Positions 16,266 through 20,000 of a stretch of DNA of 20,000 bases are shown one piece after another (position 1 is the first letter of the stretch; the number at the start of each line of letters is the position of its first letter). The position numbers and the translations under genes were made by a program. The notes under the pieces were generated by a model. That model searched no databases. It was not told the DNA's origin and was given only the letters and a program-made list of their open reading frames with translations. The DNA comes from an uncultured virus (IMG/VR IMGVR_UViG_3300020048_000098) (Duplodnaviria; Heunggongvirae; Uroviricota; Caudoviricetes), in IMG/VR virus record IMGVR_UViG_3300020048_000098, positions 55,005 through 75,004 of that record; one strand, 5' to 3'.

Positions 16266-16901
16266 ATGGAACTTCACAGGTTAAAAGAAATGCCGGAGAA
16301 TTATAATCCGGAGTTATTCAATAGTTTATATGAGAAAACTAAGCAATTAAGAAACTCTCTATCTTACCAGATTGACCACCGCAGATTGGGGGTTACTCAG
16401 GATGAAATCAAATCCTGGTTTAGTGATAAGTTTATGTTTGCTTATTGCAAGTACTTTGAGGAATTCGAAGAGAATATCCTTTTGGGGCATATTATTAAAT
16501 CCCTACAATTTTTTAAATGTAGAATTCTCAGAAAAGTATACCAGGAATCCTCTAGCCTTTATTCAAATGAGATTTCCCTGGATAACGTTCAACTTTCAAA
16601 TATTATTGAAGATGAAACAGAGATGGGAGAAAAGGAAGTCCTTATGAATCTAGCATTAGAATTTATGAAGAATAAGATTTCCAATGATGCGTATCAGTTG
16701 TTAACACTAGAACTTCAACCTCCTATCTATATAACCAGCAGGATTGCTTCTACAAGTAGTAGGATACCTAATAAATTAATCCTAGAATTTTTAGGGGTAC
16801 CTTACAATCAGAATACCCAAGATTACATCAAGGGTCTAAGAGAGGAAATACAAACTGGTATTTCTAATGCTCGGGAATACTTTTCTCAGGTATCTATATA
16901 A
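16266..16901 (+). CDS. Putative phage-encoded sigma-factor-like transcription regulator
   Basis: The only credible plus-strand gene, with its own promoter and terminator. The N-terminal LFNSLY...QDEIKSWFSDKFMFAYCKY resembles sigma region 2 and the C-terminal ISNDAYQLL...NKLILEFLGV resembles a region 4 HTH. The function is inferred. Confidence 0.5.
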   Translation: MELHRLKEMPENYNPELFNSLYEKTKQLRNSLSYQIDHRRLGVTQDEIKSWFSDKFMFAYCKYFEEFEENILLGHIIKSLQFFKCRILRKVYQESSSLYSNEISLDNVQLSNIIEDETEMGEKEVLMNLALEFMKNKISNDAYQLLTLELQPPIYITSRIASTSSRIPNKLILEFLGVPYNQNTQDYIKGLREEIQTGISNAREYFSQVSI

Positions 16902-16904
16902 CAC

Positions 16905-16933
16905 AAAGAAGCCCAGATAATTTCTGGGCTTTT
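16905..16933. terminator. Bidirectional intrinsic terminator between convergent genes
   Basis: Stem AAGCCCAGA (16909-16917), loop TAATT, stem TCTGGGCTT (16923-16931), with short T runs on both strands; lies between stops at 16901 (+) and 16945 (-). Confidence 0.8.
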
Positions 16934-16944
16934 CCGTGAGAGTA

Positions 16945-18288
16945 TTAGTCTAGTTTTATCCTGAAGTACATGTATACCTGATTTACCGCAGCATCACCAC
17001 TTTGGAGGAACATTACCTCCCTTGTGTTATGGTCTATATAGATATGTCCTACGCTTACATCGTAATGTATGGGTAGTTCTGTAACTTGCGTCATATCAGA
17101 GGGTACGTAACCTGCTGGAAGAGTAAAGACTACAACCCCATCAATCCCACCTACGTATTGTACCATACCCTCTACTACTAGGTAACCCGCTTTCTCTTTT
17201 TTAAACCTAAGACTACGGTAAGCGGGGCTGGTATTACTCCACCCAGTCCCGAAAGCTGGGGCAGCACCTACTCCAACTATCTTCCAAGCTTCTTCAGCAA
17301 CTTCTAAAGCATCTACCCTGGTATCCATTGCTGTATCAGCTGATTTAAGGGCTGTGATATCAGCAGTTTGCCTACCAGTATTGCTTAGTATGAACCATTG
17401 TTCTGGGGAGTTGTTAGTACAAACCATATCTAATAAATCCCCATTCTTCAATTCATAGTTAGTTGGTAAACCCACTAGGTTCTTATGTAGGAAGGTAGCA
17501 CCATCTAAAACCCCTAGTACTACTATCATTAACCTAGTACCGGGGTAGTGTAGGGTAGAGGCATCACCCCTAATAGAAGTAAATATACCACCCTCGTATG
17601 GGTTGAATAAAGTAAAGTTTCCATCCATACCAGTACGGAACTCTGTTCCGGAGATAGGGGTAGGAGAGGTAGTGGGTTTATATGAAGCCTGGGTTTTAGT
17701 AAATACATTACGGGCATGTAGTTGTGCGTACTTATTTGCGAAATCGTATTGGTCATCTAGGACAGCATTCCCTAGTGTAGGTACTGGGTATTTCCAGAAG
17801 TTTAAAGCAGAGAAAGCATTAGCACCCGGTGCAGAATCAATGATACATAAAGCAACTTGGTTCTGGTTAGCTAGGCCCGGTACCAAACCATCGTTAGCAC
17901 CCTTAATAACTACTAAGTTAGCTTCTTGCCCATTCTGGGTTTTTACATAAGTGTATTCTAATGCAATAACATCTAATCTGTGGTTAACACTTCCTACGTT
18001 GAAGTCAATTACTGCATGTAAATCCTGACCCGGTATGTGTATGATTGTACCAGCTTGGGTTACTACTAAACCACATGGGGTCCAATCCACAGAGTTATTG
18101 TCATCATGTTGGAAGAACCCAGTTACTGTATGATTAAGGTTTATAGTAACAGCAGACCCAGATGTAGAAACATGTTCCATGCCATCGAATCCTCGGTATC
18201 TACCTGCACACAGTAAACCCTGGTTCTTCTCATTGAGAGACCAGGATGTTATTGGAGTTTTATACTCCTGAAATCTTTTAGTTATCAT
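16945..18288 (-). CDS. Tail fibre / receptor-binding virion protein
   Basis: Beta-rich G/T/N composition, a short coiled coil (ITALKSADTAMDTRVDALE), and a C-terminal GWSN...LRFKK..G.LVVEG...VFTLPAGYVP domain typical of tail fibre/RBP ends. Confidence 0.7.
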   Translation of the reverse strand: MITKRFQEYKTPITSWSLNEKNQGLLCAGRYRGFDGMEHVSTSGSAVTINLNHTVTGFFQHDDNNSVDWTPCGLVVTQAGTIIHIPGQDLHAVIDFNVGSVNHRLDVIALEYTYVKTQNGQEANLVVIKGANDGLVPGLANQNQVALCIIDSAPGANAFSALNFWKYPVPTLGNAVLDDQYDFANKYAQLHARNVFTKTQASYKPTTSPTPISGTEFRTGMDGNFTLFNPYEGGIFTSIRGDASTLHYPGTRLMIVVLGVLDGATFLHKNLVGLPTNYELKNGDLLDMVCTNNSPEQWFILSNTGRQTADITALKSADTAMDTRVDALEVAEEAWKIVGVGAAPAFGTGWSNTSPAYRSLRFKKEKAGYLVVEGMVQYVGGIDGVVVFTLPAGYVPSDMTQVTELPIHYDVSVGHIYIDHNTREVMFLQSGDAAVNQVYMYFRIKLD

Positions 18289-18293
18289 ATAAA

Positions 18294-18707
18294 TTAAGTT
18301 AGGTTAATTCGTATTGTCCATTCTACCTGTAAATCGGTAAGTCCATCCTTTACTACAGAAAGCCCGGAAACTATAGAAAATGATTGGCTTTCATAAATGG
18401 AATCCAATTTTAATTTCTCTATAGTACCGGCGAATGAGGCAGCGGATATATTACCAGTGAAAGTAACTTCCCCTTGATTCGGGCTAGTAAGGGTTGCTCC
18501 TACAGTAGTAGAACCCAATACTACGTCCCCAGCAGCGAGGCAAGTTATCTTATCGATTTTAGCCAATCCCGTAAGGGCTTTCCGTATAATGTTTTTGGCT
18601 TCTACTTGTATTGCATTCTTTTGGTCCAGGATTAACACCCGGCAATTTTCTCTGAATTCGTAAAGCTTGATATGTCCTGAGACTTCAAGGTTAAGGTTTT
18701 CTTTCAT
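18294..18707 (-). CDS. Putative baseplate / tail-associated structural protein
   Basis: 137 aa beta-rich protein (GHIKLYE...KNAI...LQVEWTI) directly upstream of the tail fibre gene; the pattern resembles small baseplate/fibre-associated proteins. Confidence 0.5.
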   Translation of the reverse strand: MKENLNLEVSGHIKLYEFRENCRVLILDQKNAIQVEAKNIIRKALTGLAKIDKITCLAAGDVVLGSTTVGATLTSPNQGEVTFTGNISAASFAGTIEKLKLDSIYESQSFSIVSGLSVVKDGLTDLQVEWTIRINLT

Positions 18708-19324
18708 CAGTCTGGAAGTTTTTGAATGTAAGTTTGGTGTTCAATTAGAAATTTATCAAATAGTTCACTAACAGCATCTAATGTTTGTTCCATGGTAGAA
18801 GCGGGATTAACTACCCTTTTATATAACCCGTCAATCAATAACTCTGGTTTGAAGGTATTAATTAAGTGGGTTTCTAAAGTGTATTTATGGTACCGAAGCA
18901 TACGTAGGTTAAATACATGACTGTTGTAGTTAGTAATAATAGTATTTTCAAGGATTTTCTTTATATCCTTTTGTCTTTCCGGGTCATCTCTGTGATTGTT
19001 GATATATATCTTAGTCATCCTCATGATAATCTCATGTTTGAAGCTAGTGTAGTTTACCTCTACCAATTTAACTGCAGTAGGTTTGTCTACGTAGTTGCAA
19101 ACCTTACGGTAGGATAATTCTATTAACATATCCATTTTTTCAATGTAGGAAGTCTGGAAGTCATTAGATTTCCTTTGGGCAGACCGTTCTTGTAAGGCCT
19201 TGATTAAGCTTAAAGTAACATTAGCTAATAATGCAATAAGAATCAGCCAGAAAATTTGGCTCTTATCCAACATCTTAATTACTTCTAATTCTGTTGGGGC
19301 AGTTGCAAGGAGTGATAGTACCAT
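18707..19324 (-). CDS. Membrane-anchored protein (single N-terminal TM helix), possible holin/lysis accessory
   Basis: Hydrophobic IFWLILIALLANVTLSLI followed by a ~160 aa soluble helical domain. Confidence 0.55.
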   Translation of the reverse strand: MVLSLLATAPTELEVIKMLDKSQIFWLILIALLANVTLSLIKALQERSAQRKSNDFQTSYIEKMDMLIELSYRKVCNYVDKPTAVKLVEVNYTSFKHEIIMRMTKIYINNHRDDPERQKDIKKILENTIITNYNSHVFNLRMLRYHKYTLETHLINTFKPELLIDGLYKRVVNPASTMEQTLDAVSELFDKFLIEHQTYIQKLPD

Positions 19325-19545
19325 TATTTTTTCTTTCTTTTGATGGTTTGACCTACTTTGTATTTCTTCTTTATATCAGTAAAAGTCCTGGTCTCTCCCT
19401 TCCGTGTCTTTGCAGTGTAATCAACCACTGTACCCTGTAAAGTATAAGTGCTCTTCTCGCTTATTTTGGTTATTTCTAGGGTTTCTCTGCAACTTGCTAG
19501 TGCAATTAAACATATAGTAAAGATAATTATTCGTTTCATAATCAT
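19324..19545 (-). CDS. Small lipoprotein
   Basis: Signal peptide II: MKR, hydrophobic IIIFTICLIA and lipobox LASC; basic mature part of about 55 aa. Confidence 0.7.
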   Translation of the reverse strand: MIMKRIIIFTICLIALASCRETLEITKISEKSTYTLQGTVVDYTAKTRKGETRTFTDIKKKYKVGQTIKRKKK

Positions 19546-19570
19546 AATGTTTCTAGATAGTTAATAATTT

Positions 19571-19605
19571 AAACAAAAAGTGGAGCTATTGTTGTAGCCC
19601 CACTT
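19571..19605 (-). terminator. Intrinsic terminator
   Basis: The minus strand reads AAGUGGGGCUA-caacaa-UAGCUCCACUU followed by UUUGUUU. One pair is G-U on the minus strand only, which fixes the orientation. It starts about 10 nt after the stop at 19615. Confidence 0.78.
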
Positions 19606-19614
19606 AGTTGGTAG

Positions 19615-20000
19615 TTATTTAAGTAATTCCTGTTTGTTGGTTGTAAAGATAGATAGTCCAATAATCCCCACTAAGAAGAGGTAGAGGGCCCAAATAAAAT
19701 CTTTTAATAATCCGGCATGCAGGTAAGGAAAAGCTGTAAGTATTATAGTAATTGATATGTATCCCGTCCAATATACCCGAGTCATAAATTTGGAGCAAGA
19801 TGAAATCCATCTATTAAGGATTGGGCTGTTGAGTTTTAGTATGCCCGAGTAAACCTTCTCGATGTTGGGTAATAGTTTTAAACCCATTAATAATATCCAT
19901 ATTCCCCAACTTAGTAAGAACCGTAATCCAGGTTCTTGGGTAGTTGTAGGAATTGCTGGGGCATTAGTTACTGCAGCGGAATCCTTCGAGATAACTGAAA
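19615..20000 (-). CDS. Multi-pass membrane protein (holin-like), 5' end outside the window
   Basis: The frame of ORF 19615..19887 stays open to the window edge (SVISKDSAAVTNAPAIPTTTQEPGLRFLLSWGIWILLMGLKLL...). It has three hydrophobic segments and is followed by a terminator. Confidence 0.6.
   Translation of the reverse strand, partial: SVISKDSAAVTNAPAIPTTTQEPGLRFLLSWGIWILLMGLKLLPNIEKVYSGILKLNSPILNRWISSCSKFMTRVYWTGYISITIILTAFPYLHAGLLKDFIWALYLFLVGIIGLSIFTTNKQELLK

Noticed and set aside
16372..19810. ORFs 16372-16647, 17529-17756, 17603-17950, 18917-19117 and 19619-19810
   Set aside because: Each lies within a longer, better-supported gene in another frame or strand.
1..20000. Stop-codon reassignment, as seen in some Bacteroidota phages
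   Set aside because: Genes are full-length and densely packed under the standard code; TAG, TGA and TAA all end genes at sensible boundaries.
1..20000. tRNA, rRNA, CRISPR array, integrase or IS element
   Set aside because: No such structures or motifs were seen; intergenic gaps are short and are accounted for by promoters and terminators.

Overview
A 20 kb, AT-rich segment of a tailed dsDNA phage genome. The host is very probably Bacteroidota: there is a -33 TTTG / -7 TAnnTTTG promoter at 16193-16225 and starts are A-rich with no obvious Shine-Dalgarno. Positions 1-16102 are a tightly packed minus-strand replication, recombination and nucleotide-metabolism cluster. In transcription order it holds a DnaB-like helicase, primase, a hypothetical, an SF2 helicase, a Cys-rich protein, a dimeric dUTPase/dCTPase-like enzyme, two adjacent thymidylate-synthase-fold genes, a MazG-like protein, dCMP deaminase, family A DNA polymerase, a P-loop kinase, a UvsY-like protein, SSB, RecA, a 5'-3' exonuclease, SbcD/Mre11 and SbcC/Rad50 (partial). 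A divergent plus-strand sigma-factor-like gene follows, then a bidirectional terminator and the end of a minus-strand tail/membrane (lysis-like) module. The most interesting signal is a candidate nucleotide-level pyrimidine (probably cytosine) modification pathway. Both TS-fold proteins carry Asp at the specificity position, as in T4 dCMP hydroxymethylase, rather than the Asn of ThyA. One of them is degenerate, and they flank a PolA with unusual motif substitutions. A manual scan found no GATC in the window. All assignments come from motif reading only; no searches were run.
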